Shown: positions 26,180 through 41,100, counted from the whole stretch's first letter. The stretch: 61,780 nt of DNA, filler included, from Basidiobolus meristosporus CBS 931.73 (GCA_002104905.1; 4 parts of 4 records of this genome joined end to end with filler, not necessarily neighbours in it); one strand, 5' to 3'. Notes: generated from the sequence alone by a model not told the origin. A program made the numbers and translations.

Positions 26180-29100
26180 CTACGCAGTGAGATTCCGTTG
26201 CTGCTGTAATTCCTCGAGTCTCGAGTAGAGGACAGATCCAATATGTGCCATGGGTTCAGGCCTATTCATCTCCAGATGTGCACATTCAACCTCATGTACT
26301 TCGATCTTTCCGCGAACAAATGGCGCCCAGCTGTTGGGATCAATCAAGAGGGCGGTTTCTTCTGAGGGAACTGTTGCGCTGAAGAACAATATATCACCAG
26401 AAAACATCGAAGGAGAATATTGGCTTGAAACACGCGAATTGTTTCTCACGACATTTCGTACTGTTTCCCATAGCGCTTGGCCTTCTCCAGGTGTATATTT
26501 ACTTCCGAAGCGAGCAAGGAGTTCAATATATGAGGTATCATGTTCATTCTCATCTATACAACCTAGGGTCGACATGGCTTCAGCTCTAGAGTCCATCAAA
26601 GCAAGAAGATCAACCTTCTCGCCTTGCATCTCCAGCTGTACGGCCATATGGTGGGCTACAGTTCCACCAAACGACCATCCCAGTAGATTGTATGGTCCAT
26701 GGGGCTGAATAAGTCGTATTTGATCAATGTAATCGCTTGCCATGTCCTCTAGTGTCAATGCGGGCCGACTATTTCCATCGAGTCCACGTGCTTGTATGCC
26801 GTACAGGGGCTGGTCTGCATGTAAGTGCTTTGCAAGACCAACAAAGCTCCAACTCAATCCGAATATGGGGTGAACACAGAACAATGGAGACCGGTTACCA
26901 TTTGGTTTGAGAGGTAACATCACATTGAATGCATCCTCATGACTACTATCTTGTTGCGGTAGCACCTGGACCAGTTCTTCGATGGTGGGAGCTTGGAAGA
27001 TTGTCCTTAACTTCAGTTCGAAACCTAAGCTTGAACGTATCCTGCCAATCAACTTGACGGCAAGTAATGAATGCCCGCCAATCATGAAGAAGTTATCGTG
27101 ACGACCGACTCGTTCGATACTAAGAAGCTCCTCCCAGATGGCAGCCAGGGCGGTCTCGATCTCGCCCACTGGTGCCTCGTATTTCTGGCTGACGAGAGAG
27201 CTGCTGTCTGGCTCTGGAAGTGCCCGACGGTCGAGCTTGCCATTTGGAGTTAACGGCAGTTCATCCAGGCGAACAAATGCTGCTGGTGTCATGTAATCGG
27301 GCAGCTTCTCAGCAATGTAAGTGCGAAGCAAATGAGCAAGGCCCTCCTTGTGTTCAGCTACTACATATGCAACTAAACGTTTCTCGGTGCCCTCGCCCAG
27401 GGCTAGCACTGCTGCTTCTTTGACGAGAGGATGATCGACGAGACGAGCCTCAATCTCACCAGGCTCGATTCGGAATCCACGGATCTTGATTTGGTGGTCG
27501 TTACGGCCTAGATATTCCAAGTTGCCATCTGGCAGGTAGCGAGCCAGGTCTCCGGTCTTGTACATGCGACAACCTTCTTTATCGCTGAATGGATCGGGTA
27601 GGAATCGCTCGGCGGTCAAGTCGGGGCGGTTCAAATAGCCGCGTGCGACACCAGCTCCACCGATATGAAGCTCACCGACAGCCCCGAGTGGTACCGGCTT
27701 CCCGTGCGAGTCCAATAGGTAAAGTCGGGTGTTGGCAATAGGACGGCCAATGGGGACATTGATGGCTTGATCCAGTGGTGTGCTCATGTCGTAGACGGAA
27801 CACCCGACCACTGTTTCTGTGGGTCCATACTCGTTGACTATCCGCACACCAGGCTGAATGCTGCGCCAAAGTGCTACTGTCGAAGGACTCAGCGCTTCTC
27901 CACCAACTACGAACGTATCCACTCGCGTTTTCGCTCCATCTGCCTGTAGGCGTCGACCCATCAGGTCAAGGTGGGCTGGGGTGATCTTCAGCAAGCCCTC
28001 ACCCTGTGCTTGGCGCACGTAGGCTTCCAGTGCCACCATTTCATCGCCTGACTTCAGTAGTGTCACAGTGCTGCCATAAAGAAGCGGGGTCCACAAGCTG
28101 GTAACGGTCGCGTCGAAGGAGAGTGATGATGATACCACAGAGCCTTGCTTAGGTGCGTACGTTTGCACTGCCCAGTGCAAGTAGTTGCACGCGCCGCTGT
28201 GAGGAATCATTACACCCTTGGGTGTACCAGTGGAGCCAGAGGTGTAGATCAGATAAGCAAGATGCTCGGAGGTAAGGTCAAGGATATGCGGGTTGGTGGC
28301 TGGCAAATCAGGTACTTCATTCGGGTCAATCACAGTCAATGAAGCAATAGCAGCCTTGCCAAGTGCGGCACAGCCTGCTGCATCGGCAAGCAGAGCAATG
28401 GGTGCCGCATCCTTGAGGATGTGGCCAAGGCGCTCACTTGCATACACTGGATCGAGTGGAATGTAGGCACCACCGGCTTTCAGGATCGCCAGCAGGCCTA
28501 CGACCATGGCCGGACTGCGCTCCACACAGATCGCCACAAGAGTGTCAGGTCTGACTCCAACGGCGATGAGGTGATGAGCCAGGCGATTGGCGCATGCGTT
28601 GACCTCAGCATAGGTCAGGGTTACGGATTCATACACAATAGCCACAGCATCGGGGGATCGAGAGACCTGCTGCTCAAAGAGATGATGGATACACAATTGG
28701 TCTGGATAGATTTCGTCAGTTGTGTTCCACGAACGAAGCAACAAATTAAGCTCATCCACAGGCATGACTTCTAATTCACGAGAGGCCATTGTAGACGTGA
28801 ACTCCAACGCATCCGATAGACTCTGCAGTGCCTGTCTCATATATTCCGCAATACGTACTGAATCAAATGGCTGAACCACCTGTGCAGTCACACCGAGTGC
28901 ATCACCAAAGTCTTCTACCGACATTACAAATGGGTAATTCGTACGCTCTTGCCCTTCAAGATACTCGATACCTGGAATTCCTATATTTTCAACTGCCACT
29001 TGTTCATTATGGCGGTAGTTCAAAAGGGCACTGAACATTGGGGTACCCGAGGCGACGCTACTGCATCTTTGAGCGAGCGCCAACGAAGCATACTCATGCT

Positions 29101-32100
29101 CCATCAATGCAGCTAAGGATGTATGGGTTTTGCGAACGGTATCCTGAACACTACCAGATCCCACATCAATACGGAGTGGTAAGGTATTGATGAATGGACC
29201 CATTGTGCTTCTGAGTCCCGAGCCAGCATTCATACGCCCGAAGAGCACAGTACCAAACACTACGTGATGCTGTCCACTAGTTCTGGCAATCACCTGTGCC
29301 CAAGCCAGATGGCACAAGCTGGCAAGACTGACGCCCATCGATTTGGCATGCTCCCGAAGGCGGTCATTCAGGTCCTGTGGTAGTCTGAGGTGGGTTTCAG
29401 TGATATCTAGGCCGTCACCGTGCACATCTGACAGCCCAAAAGGCAAGGCTGGCGTGTCGATTTCGCCAAGCATCTGGGTGAAGAAACGCTCATGTGCCTC
29501 AACATTGGGTCCTGCACGAGCTTGTGCAATGAGGTTACGGAACGGTTGTGGTGATGGTAGTGGGTCACCTTCACCATCCATGAATGCTTGGATCTCCATG
29601 TGCATGAGCTTCAATGAAGTATTGTCATCAATGATGTGATGCATCAGTTGAATCACTATCCATCTGCCATCATCATCCTGGGCAGCCACATAACGTAACA
29701 ACGGTGCCTGGGTCAAGTCGATGCTATGCTCGCGGGGATCGAACCGTTGCTTCAGTTGCTCCACAATAGGGCCATCGGATGAGTTGAGCGACAGCTCGGT
29801 GAAGGACAAAGTTGCATGGCGCAATACAACCTGAGCAGGGGTGGAAAGACCTTCCCACATAATGCCCGTGCGCAAGATGTCATGGCGATCTACCACCTTT
29901 TGCACAGCGCCAAGGTAACGATCGAGGACGTCTTTGCTATCGAAGGCGATGGCACTAATGAGTAGATATGGGTCGCCCTTGCTGACCATCATATGATGGA
30001 ATAGCATGCCATCCTGCAATGGAGCCAGGGCGTAGATATCTTGAATATTACTAACACCTCCTTCGACCTGGCTGACGATATGATCAATATCACTCTGAGT
30101 CAAATCAATGAGTGGAAGCATTTCCGGAGTTATTTCGGTGGTGCCAGGAGTTATAAGGTTCGCGGGTGCCGCTGCCATAAAAGAAACATGGTTCTGGTTA
30201 AGAGATTGTGCTAGTACACTCAGAGTTGGGGTATCGAACAAAGAACGGACAGATAGCCCAAGGCCAATGCGACGAAGGCGTTCAATCAGCTGTACAGCGA
30301 GTAGGGAATGGCCACCGAGCATGAAGAAGTTGTCATGACGACCAACTCGTTCGATACTAAGGAGCTCCTCCCAGATGGCAGCCAGGACGGTCTCGATCTC
30401 GCCCACCGGTGCCTCGTATTTCTGGCTGACGAGAGAGCTGCTGTCTGGCTCTGGAAGTGCCCGACGGTCGAGTTTGCCATTTGCAGTCAGTGGAAGTTTG
30501 TCCATGCGAACAAATGCCGTTGGGATCATGTAATCAGGTAGTTTTTCTGCCACATGAGAGCGAAGCAAATGCGCAAGTTCCTCCTCGTGTGCAGCAACAA
30601 CATATGCAACTAGACGCTTGTCAGAGTCGTCACCGACTGCAAGTACCGCTGCTTCTTTGACCAGTGGGTGATCAACAAGACGAGCCTCAATCTCCCCGAG
30701 TTCAATACGGAAACCGCGGATCTTGACTTGGTGATCGTTACGACCCAAAAAGATGAGGCTGCCATCACTTTGGTAGCGACCGAGGTCACCAGTCCGGTAC
30801 ATGCGAGCACCTGGCGTCTTGCTGAATGGGTCAAGTGGGAACCGCTCAGCTGTCAGTTCTGGTCGGTTCAGGTATCCACGGGTGACACCAGCACCTCCGA
30901 TGTACAGCTCGCCAACCACTCCCATAGGCACGGGATTGCCGCGAGTGTCCAGGATGTACGTGGTCAGATCAGGGATTCTTGCACCAATGGGACTAATCGC
31001 CTGTGTGCAGTCCGTCTTCTTCATCACACGGTAGGTGACATGGACTGTGGTCTCCGTGATGCCATACATGTTCACGATCTTGGGGGAGTGTTCAGATCGG
31101 GTGGCGTACCATGGCTGCAGGATGGCCGGCTCGAGGGCCTCCCCTCCGAAGATCACGTAGCGCAATTGGTCCTGGAGCTCACTTTGCGCGTGGCACGCAA
31201 TCAGCGGCTTGAAGGCGCTCGGGGTAAGGTTCAGCACGGTGATGCCTTGCTCACAGATCAGTTCATAGAGGTCCTCGGAGGAACGAGTGACATGGTGAGA
31301 TGGGAGCACCAACTTACCACCATATCGCAGAGCACCCCACAGCTCCCACACGGAGAAATCGAAGCTGTACGAGTGCAGCAGGCACCAGACATCGTTTTCG
31401 TTGAACTGGTACCAGGCGGCCGTTGCATCAAACAGGCGAGTGACCTGTGCGTGCTCCACCATCACACCCTTAGGCTTTCCAGTGGATCCAGAGGTGTAGA
31501 TGACGTAGGCAAGGTGATGCGAGGTCAGGCTGGTGACTTGTGGGTTGGTGGCGGGGTGTTCTTCGAACTGCGCATTGGGGTCGACCACCGTCAGTGAAGC
31601 GAGTGATGCTTCACCAATAGTGTTGCCACCATGCTCGTCCGCCAAGAGAATGGAGGGCGACGCATCGGAAACAATATCGTTGAGTCGTTCACTAGCATAC
31701 ACCGGGTCCAGTGGCAAGTAAGCGCCACCAGCCTTCAAGATGGCCAGTATTCCAATGACGATTGCAACGGAACGCTCTACGCAGAGTGCAACAAGGGTGT
31801 CAGGCTTGACTCCGAGCTCAATGAGATGATGGGCGAGGCGATTGGCACGCTCGTTGACCTCAGAATAGGTCAGTGTCTGAGATTCCGACACAACAGCTAT
31901 GGCGTTGGGGAAGCGAGTGACCTGCTCCTCGAATAGTTGGTGGATACATTGGTGATTTGTATAAGGCTCATCAGTGATGTTCCATTTTTCAATTAAAAGC
32001 TTTTGTTCTGACGAAGAAAGTAGATTCACTGATGAAACAGACTGCCCGGCATCGGTGGCTATAGCTTGCAACATGGCTTGCAAATATCCGATATGTCTCT

Positions 32101-35100
32101 CGATGGTGGATTGCTCAAAGAGGGCAGTCGAGTACCCAAGATGGCCGATAATCTCGTCATTCTCTTCGTACAGCTCAAGGTCCAGGTCAAACTTGACAAT
32201 ATCATAGGTCACTTCGGCTGGTGATATTATTATTCCTGGTAGATGTACTTCACCTTCGTCATTATTTTGCCAGGCAAACATCACTTGGAAGAGTGGGGTC
32301 TGATCCATTCTACGAGGCGGCTTTGTAATCTCCACCACTTGCTCAAATGGTAGATCCTGATGAGCTTGGGCAGCCACTGCAAATTGACGGACACGCTCCA
32401 GTAGCTCCGACCCGCTTGGATTACCGGAAAGATCAACGCGAAGAACCAGGGTATTTACAAAGAATCCGATCAATTGCTCGATCGCGCGATGGTTGCGATT
32501 GGCGCTTGGTGTGCCAATCATTATATCATCTTGTCCTGAGAGTCGCGACAGCACAGCACTCCATGCTGCCAGGATAGTCATGAACAATGTTGCTCCATTC
32601 TGCTGACTGAGGCGCTTAAGGGCCAATGTTGTGTGCGAGTCCACACGAATTGGCATCCGGGCTCCTGCAAACGATTGCCGAGAAGGACGAGGCCGGTCAG
32701 TTGGCAGGGTGATTGACACAGGTGCCCCGGCGAGTGCATTGCGCCAGAACTCGCTTTGTTCCTGGAGCCTATCACCGCTGAGCCACTTTCTCTGCCAGGC
32801 GGCATAGTCGGGGTACTGGAGGGTAAGTGGGGCTAATGGGTCGGGTAGACCATTATGGAATGCTGTGTAGAGGTCACTCAGCTCACGAGTCAACAGTCCC
32901 ATTGACCAACCATCCGAGACAATATGATGCTGTGTTAGCAAGAAGACGTGATCATTGTGAGCAAGCTGAATCAATTTCGCACGAACCAACGGCCCAGTTT
33001 CGAGGTTAAAAGGTGCACTAGCCTCGACAGCACTCAGCTCCTGAAGACGCTTATCCATATCAGGCTCGCCCCGGATGTCATAAGCGGACATACCAATTCC
33101 TAAGTTCGCAGGCAGGAGCTGGACTCTGGGTTGACCGTCAACAGTGATAAAGATGGAACGTAGTGATTCGTGTCGGCTGAATACGGTATTCAAAGCACGC
33201 TGAAGTGCAATTTGATCAAGAGTTCCGCGCAGACGGAGCGCCATTGGCATATGATAGATGTCACTGACACCCTCGATCTGAGCGAGGAACCACAAACGTT
33301 GTTGAGCAAAAGATGGCATTAGAGCGGCTCCTCGAGATACCGGCATGATACTATCAAACACCTGCTCCTTTTGAGATAGCTGCTTAGTAATCACATTCGC
33401 AAGATCAGACAATATTGGTGAGGCGAATAGTGAAGTCAACTGAAGCTGTATACCGAGAACAGAGACCCGATTCATCAAACGCACGGCAAGTAAGGAGTGG
33501 CCACCAAGCATGAAGAAGTTATCGTGACGACCGACTCGTTCGATACTAAGGAGCTCCTCCCAGATGGCAGCCAGGGCGGTCTCGACCTCGCCCACTGGTG
33601 CCTCGTATTTCTGGCTGACGAGAGAGCTGCTGTCTGGCTCTGGAAGTGCCCGACGGTCGAGCTTGCCATTTGGAGTTAACGGCAGTTCATCCAGGCGAAC
33701 AAATGCTGCTGGTGTCATGTAATCGGGCAGCTTCTCAGCAACATGAGTGCGGAGCAAATGAGCAAGGCCTTCCTTGTGCTCAGCAACTACATATGCAACT
33801 AAACGTTTCTCGGTGCCCTCGCCCAGGGCTAGCACTGCTGCTTCCTTGACGAGAGGATGATCGACGAGACGAGCCTCAATCTCACCAGGCTCGATTCGGA
33901 ATCCACGGATCTTGATTTGGTGGTCGTTACGGCCTAGATATTCCAAGTTGCCATCTGGCAGGTAGCGAGCCAGGTCTCCGGTCTTGTACATGCGGCAACC
34001 TTCTTTATCACTGAATGGATCAGCCAAGAAACTCTGTGCGGTCAATTCAGGTCTATTGAGATAGCCTCTTGCCACTCCTACTCCTCCAATATACATTTCA
34101 CCTACTGCTCCTAATGGTACAGGTTGTCCAAAAGCATCCAGAAGGTAGACTCGCTTGTTTGAAATAGCACGGCCGATCGGTACAATATTTCCCGAGAAAT
34201 CTGGAGGGCACTTCCATGCTATGGCACTGACAGTAGTCTCTGTTGGTCCGTAATCGTTAATAATTCTACCGTTGGGAATTAATCGCTGAAGTGTACGGAG
34301 CAGTGTTATTGGGAGCGCTTCACCAGCCATGATCAGTGTCAAAGATGTGGTTAAGGGTGGCAAAGACGAGCAGTCTTGGAGCATTGCTGGTGTTAGAATA
34401 GTTTGAGTTATTGAATACCGCTCCAGGTAATCCCATAGAAGAACTCTGTGAAGTCGGACGTAGTCAGGCAGTAGGTGCAGACAAGCTCCCCATCCAAGTG
34501 CATTGAACATCTCCAGGGCACCGCCATCGAAGCTGAATGAGAAGAACTGCATAACTCGACTTGTAGGCCTGATGCCAAAAACGTCGGCTCTGGTCTTGAT
34601 AAGGCTCACAAATCCTTGGTGTTCCACCATTACACCTTTAGGTTTACCAGTAGAGCCAGAAGTGTAAATAACGTAGGCCAGATGATGTGAATTCAACTCT
34701 GGTACCTGGGGATTGATGGAGGGATAGTCTGAGTAAGTGTGTGGGTCCAATAAAGTAACCGAGGAAAGCACGGTTGAGCCGAGCATTGTTCGCCCAAGAG
34801 TATCGGCAATTAAGATAACTGGACGAGCATCACTAATGATATCTCTCAGTCGCTCACTAGCATATGATGGGTCCAGAGGGACGTATGCGCCACCTGCTTT
34901 AAGGATTGCAAGTAAAGCTACTACTAGAGCAGGGCTGCGTTCCATGCAGATCGCTACAAGAGTGTCGGGCTTGACACCGCGATCTATAAGAAGATGTGCA
35001 AGGCGATTGGCGCACGCATTGACTTCAGCGTAGGTAAGTGTCTGTGACTCGTACACAATGGCCACCGAATCAGGCGAATGAATGGCATGTTCCTCGAATA

Positions 35101-38100
35101 GATGATGAATACACATCTGGTCCGGGTAATCCATATCTGTGGCGTTCCATGAATAAAGTAGCATATTACGCTCATCCACAGGAACGACCTCCATTTCCTG
35201 AGCAGGCATGCTTGGCGTGAGCTCCAAAGCATCAGCCAGACTTAACAATGACTGTTGCATGTACTCGGCTATACGAACTGAATCGAAAGGCTCAACAATT
35301 TGAGCGGTTACACCGAGAGCGTCACCGAAATCTTCTACCGACATTCCGAATGGGTAATTCGTACGCTCTTGCCCCTCAAGATACTCGATGCCAGCGATTT
35401 CTGTTTCCTCACTTGATACTTGATTATGGTGACGGTAGTTCAAGATGGCGCTGAACATTGGGGTACCTGAAGCGACGCTACTGCATCTTTGAGCGAGCGC
35501 CAACGAAGCATACTCATGCTCCATCAATGCAGCTAAGGATGTATGGGTTTTGCGAACGGTATCCTGAACACTATCAGATCCCACATCAATACGGAGTGGT
35601 AAGGTATTGATGAATGGACCCATTGTGCTTCTGAGTCCCGAGCCAGCATTCATACGCCCGAAGAGCACAGTACCAAACACTACGTGATGCTGTCCACTAG
35701 TTCTGGCAATCACCTGTGCCCAAGCCAGATGGCACAAGCTGGCAAGACTGACGCCCATCGATTTGGCATGCTCTCGAAGGCGGTCATTCAGGTCCTGTGG
35801 TAGTCTGAGGTGGGTTTCAGTAATACCAAGACCTTCATTGTGAACATCTGATAGCCCAAAAGGCAAGGCTGGCGTGTCGATTTCGCCAAGCATCTGGGTG
35901 AAGAAACGCTCATGTGCCTCGACATTGGGTCCTGCACGAGCTTGTGCAATGAGGTTACGGAACGGTTGTGGTGATGGTAGTGAGTCACCTTCACCATCCA
36001 TGAATGCTTGGATCTCCATGTACATTAGCTGCACTGAAGTATTGTCATCAATGATGTGATGCATCAGTTGAATCACTATCCATCTGCCATCATCATCCTG
36101 GGCAGCCACATAACGTAACAACGGTGCCTGGGTCAAGTCGATGCTATGCTCGCGGGGATCGAACCGTTGCTTCAGTTGCTCCACAATAGAGCCATCGGAT
36201 GAGTTGAGCGACAGCTCGGTGAAGGACAAAGTTGCATGGCGCAATACAACCTGAGCAGGGGTGGAAAGACCTTCCCACATAATGCCCGTGCGCAAGATAT
36301 CATGGCGATCTACCACCTTTTGCACAGCGCCAAGGTAACGATCGAGGACAGCTCTGCTATCGAAGGCAAGTGCACTGATGAGCAAATACGGGTCACCCTT
36401 AGTCGACATGATGTGATGGAATAGCATGCCATCCTGCAATGGAGCCAGGGCGTAGATATCTTGAATATTACTAACACCTCCTTCGACCTGGCTGACGATA
36501 CGATCAATATCACTCTGAGTCAAATCAATGAGTGGAAGCATTTCCGGAGTTATTTCGGTGGTTTCGTGCTTAATAAGATTTGGAGGTATCATTGATGCTG
36601 CTGCAACAGATATACGGTCACAATTGAGAGATTGAGCTAGTATGCTCAAAGTAGGAGTATTGAATAGAGCACGAATAGGTAGAACGAGTCCAATGCGACG
36701 AAGGCGTTCAATCAGCTGTACAGCGAGTAGGGAATGGCCACCGAGCATGAAGAAGTTGTCATGACGTCCTACTCTATTGATCTGGAGCAACTCTTCCCAG
36801 ATGGCAGCCAGGGCGGTCTCGATCTCGCCCACTGGTGCCTCGTATTTCTGGCTGACGAGAGAGTCACTATCGGGCTCTGGAAGTGCCCGACGGTCGAGTT
36901 TGCCATTTGCAGTCAGTGGAAGTTTGTCCATGCGAACAAATGCCGTTGGGATCATGTAATCAGGTAGTTTTTCTGCCACATGAGAGCGAAGCAAATGCGC
37001 AAGTTCCTCCTCGTGTGCAGCAACAACATATGCAACTAGACGCTTGTCAGAGTCGTCACCGACTGCAAGTACCGCTGCTTCTTTGACCAGTGGGTGATCA
37101 ACAAGACGAGCCTCAATCTCCCCGAGTTCAATACGGAAACCGCGGATCTTGACTTGGTGGTCGTTACGACCCAAAAAGATGAGGCTGCCATCACTTTGGT
37201 AGCGACCGAGGTCACCAGTCCGGTACATGCGAGCACCTGGCGTCTTGCTGAATGGGTCAAGTGGGAACCGCTCAGCTGTCAGCTCTGGTCGGTTCAGGTA
37301 TCCACGGGTGACACCAGCACCTCCGATGTACAGCTCGCCAACCACTCCCATAGGCACAGGATTGCCGCGGGTGTCCAGGATGTACGTGGTCAGATCAGGG
37401 ATTCTTGAACCAATGGGACTAATCACCTGTGTGCAGTCCGTCTTCTTCATCACACGGTAAGTGACATGGACTGTGGTCTCCGTGATGCCATACATGTTCA
37501 CGATCTTGGGGGAGTGTTCAGATCGGGTGGCGTACCATGGCTGCAGGATGGCCGGCTCGAGGGCCTCCCCTCCGAAGATCACGTAGCGCAATTGGTCCTG
37601 GAGCTCACTTTGCGCGTGGCACGCAATCAGCGGCTTGAAGGCGCTCGGGGTAAGGTTCAGCACGGTGATGCCTTGCTCACAGATCAGTTCATAGAGGTCC
37701 TCGGAGGAACGAGTGACATGGTGGGATGGGAGCACCAACTTACCACCATATCGCAGAGCACCCCACAGCTCCCACACGGAGAAATCGAAGCTGTACGAGT
37801 GCAGCAGGCACCAGACATCGTTTTCGTTGAACTGGTACCAGGCGGCCGTTGCATCAAACAGGCGAGTGACCTGTGCGTGCTCCACCATCACACCCTTAGG
37901 CTTTCCAGTGGATCCAGAGGTGTAGATGACGTAAGCAAGGTGATGCGAGGTCAGGCTGGTGACTTGTGGGTTGGTGGCGGGGTGTTCTTCGAACTGCGCA
38001 TTGGGGTCGACCACCGTCAGTGAAGCGAGTGATGCTTCACCAATAGTGTTGCTACCATGCTCGTCCGCCAAGAGAATGGAGGGCGACGCATCGGAAACAA

Positions 38101-41100
38101 TATCGTTGAGTCGTTCACTAGCATACACCGGGTCCAGTGGCAAATAAGCGCCACCAGCCTTCAAGATGGCCAGTATTCCAATGACGATTGCAACGGAACG
38201 CTCTACGCAGAGTGCAACAAGGGTGTCAGGCTTGACTCCGAGCTCAATGAGATGATGGGCGAGGCGATTGGCACGCTCGTTGACCTCAGAATAGGTCAGT
38301 GTCTGAGATTCCGACACAACAGCGATGGCGTTCGGGGAACGAGAGACCTGTTCCTCGAATAGTTGATGGACGCATAAATGGTCTGGATATGGGCCATCGG
38401 TGATGTTCCATGTATCAAGTACCAAGTTGCGTTCATCTATAGGCAAGACATCGAGCTCATTAATTGGCATCATGGGCGTGAACTCCAACGCATCAGCTAT
38501 GCTCTGTAAGGCTTGCTGCATATAATTGATGATGCGATTCGAATCGTAAGGCTGGACAATTTGAGCCGTGACCCCAAGCGAGGTTCCATTATCTTCTACG
38601 GACATTAAGAATGGATAATTGGTACGCTCTTGCCCTTCAATGTATTCGATACCAGGGATTCCTGTATCGTTAGTCGGTTCTTGCTTATTGTGGCGATAGT
38701 TCAAAAGTGCGCTGAACATGGGGATACCAGAGGGAACACTACTACATCTCTGGGCTAGTGCCAGGGATGCGTGCTCATGATCCATCAAGGCTGCTAATGA
38801 GGCTTGGGTCTGACGCACTGTATCCTGAACACTGGCGTTATCTACATCGATACGAATCGGTAGCGTGTTGATGTACAATCCCATGGCACGATCTGCACCA
38901 GATCCAGCCTGCATACGTCCAAAGAGCACCGTACCAAACACAACTTGCTGCTGTCCACTAGTTCGGGCAATTACCTGAGCCCATGCAAGATGGCATATAC
39001 TAGCAAGACTAACGCCCATCGACTTGGCTTGACTACGAAGGCGGTTGTTCAGGCCCTGGGGTAGTAAACAGTAGGCCTCAGTGATATTGTGACCGTTACC
39101 ATGAACATCGGACAACCCAAAAGGCAATGCTGGCGTTTCTATCTCGGAAAGCATCTCAGTGAAGAAACGCTCGTGTGCCTCAACACTATGTCCTACTCGT
39201 GCTTGTGCAATGAGATTACGGAAAGAGGATGGTGCCGGGAGCAGGTCTGCTCGACCATCCAGGATCGCCTCGATTTCATGGTTCATTTCATCGGCGGCAG
39301 AGTGATCACCAATGGCATGATGTAGGAGATGAGCAGCTATCCAGCGACCATCAATATCCTGAGCAGTGATGAAACGGGTCAATGGAGCTTGGGTCAAGTC
39401 GATACGGTGCTCTCGAGGGTCCACGCGCTTTGTGAGTTGCTCAACAATTGAGCCATCAGCTGGGTTCAATACAAGCTCAGTGACCGAGAGAGTCGCGTGA
39501 CGTAGTACAACTTGAGCAGGCGTGGATAAGCCTTCCCACATAATCCCAGTACGCAAGATATCATGGCGATCCACCACCTTCTGCACAGCATCCAAGTATC
39601 GAGTGAGAATATGCTTATCCGCAAAGGCCATGATACCGAAGATCAGGTAAGGATCGCCTTTGGTCGCCATGATATGATGGAACAGCATACCGTCTTGTAA
39701 TGGAGCCAGAGCATAAATGTCTTGAATATTGCTAACCCCTCCTTCAACCTGGTTGACAATATGATCAATGTCGTCCTGAGTCAAGTCGATCAGTGGAAGC
39801 ATCTCCGGGGTGATCTCGGTGGTGTCAGGTGTGATGAGGTTCGGTGGTGCCACTGCTGAAGCTGCTACAGCAACACGGTCACGGTTGAGAGATTGGGCAA
39901 TTACACTCAGCGTAGGGGTGTCGAACAAGGCACGAACAGACAACCCAAGGCCAATGCGACGGAGACGTTCGATCAGCTGAACAGCGAGTAGAGAGTGACC
40001 ACCAAGCATGAAGAAGTTGTCATGGCGCCAACTTGTTTGATGTTGAGCAGTTCCTCCCAGATGCGTGCCAAGGCAGTTTCCGTCTCGCCCACAGGGGTTC
40101 GTATGTCTGACTGACAAAGGGAGTTCTCTATCCGGCTCGGGAAGTGCGCGACGGTCGAGTTTGCCATTAGCTGTCAGTGGAAGTCTGTCCATGCGAACAT
40201 ATGCTGTTGGTGTCATGTAGTCCGGCAATTTCTCGGCAACATGAGAATGCAGCAAATGAGCGAGGCCTTCGCTCTGCTCAGCGACCACATAGGCAACCAG
40301 GCGCTTATCCGCACCATTGCCGATCGCAAGTACTGCTACTTCGTTAACAAGAGGTGTGCTCAATAAGACGAGCTTCAATTTCGCCGAGTTCAATACGGAA
40401 TCCACGGATTTTGACTTGATGATCGTTACGGCTTACAAATACTAAATTACCATCGGGTAAGAAGCGCACCAAATCGCCTGTTCTGTACATACGATTCCCC
40501 TCGCACGTACTGAACGGATCAGGAAGGAAGCGTTCTGCTGATAGGTCAGCTCGGTTGAGGTAGCCATTTGCAACTCCTGTACCACCAATGTAAAGCTCTC
40601 CCACAACCCCTAATGGCACTGGATGACCATGTTGATCTAATACATAGACACTTGTTTTGGAAATAGGCCGACCGATAGGCAAGCGACCTTGTATGTGATC
40701 AATACTCGTTACCTCATACGTAGTGGCAAACGTTGTGGTCTCGGTAGGTCCATAGCAATGGATGAGGTGCTCAGGCCTCCGTATTTCAGAAGAGTGGCGA
40801 AAGACTCTAGGCTTTCTTGCTCTCCTCCACAGAGAAGATATCTCAGCTTAGCCAAGGTCGAACCCATAGATAAGACGAATTGATTGAAAAGCACTGTTGT
40901 CAGGAAGAGAGTAGTGATGTGATGTCTATCAATTCGCTTCTGCCATTAGGACCGAGTCCGTAAACGTGTCCGCATCAATAATCACCACTTGGCCGCCATT
41001 GAGCAGTGGCGCCCAGATTTCAAATGTACTTGCATCAAATGCAGGATTGGCAGCAAACGCGACACGATCGTCCGGTCCAACGTTCGCATAACCGTTGTTG

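Noticed and set aside
26250-39325. Numerous plus-strand ORFs overlapping the NRPS, and the short ORFs overlapping the LINEs and lipocalin
   Set aside because: Antisense or alternate-frame shadows of long coding sequences; they repeat with the module duplications and show no motifs.
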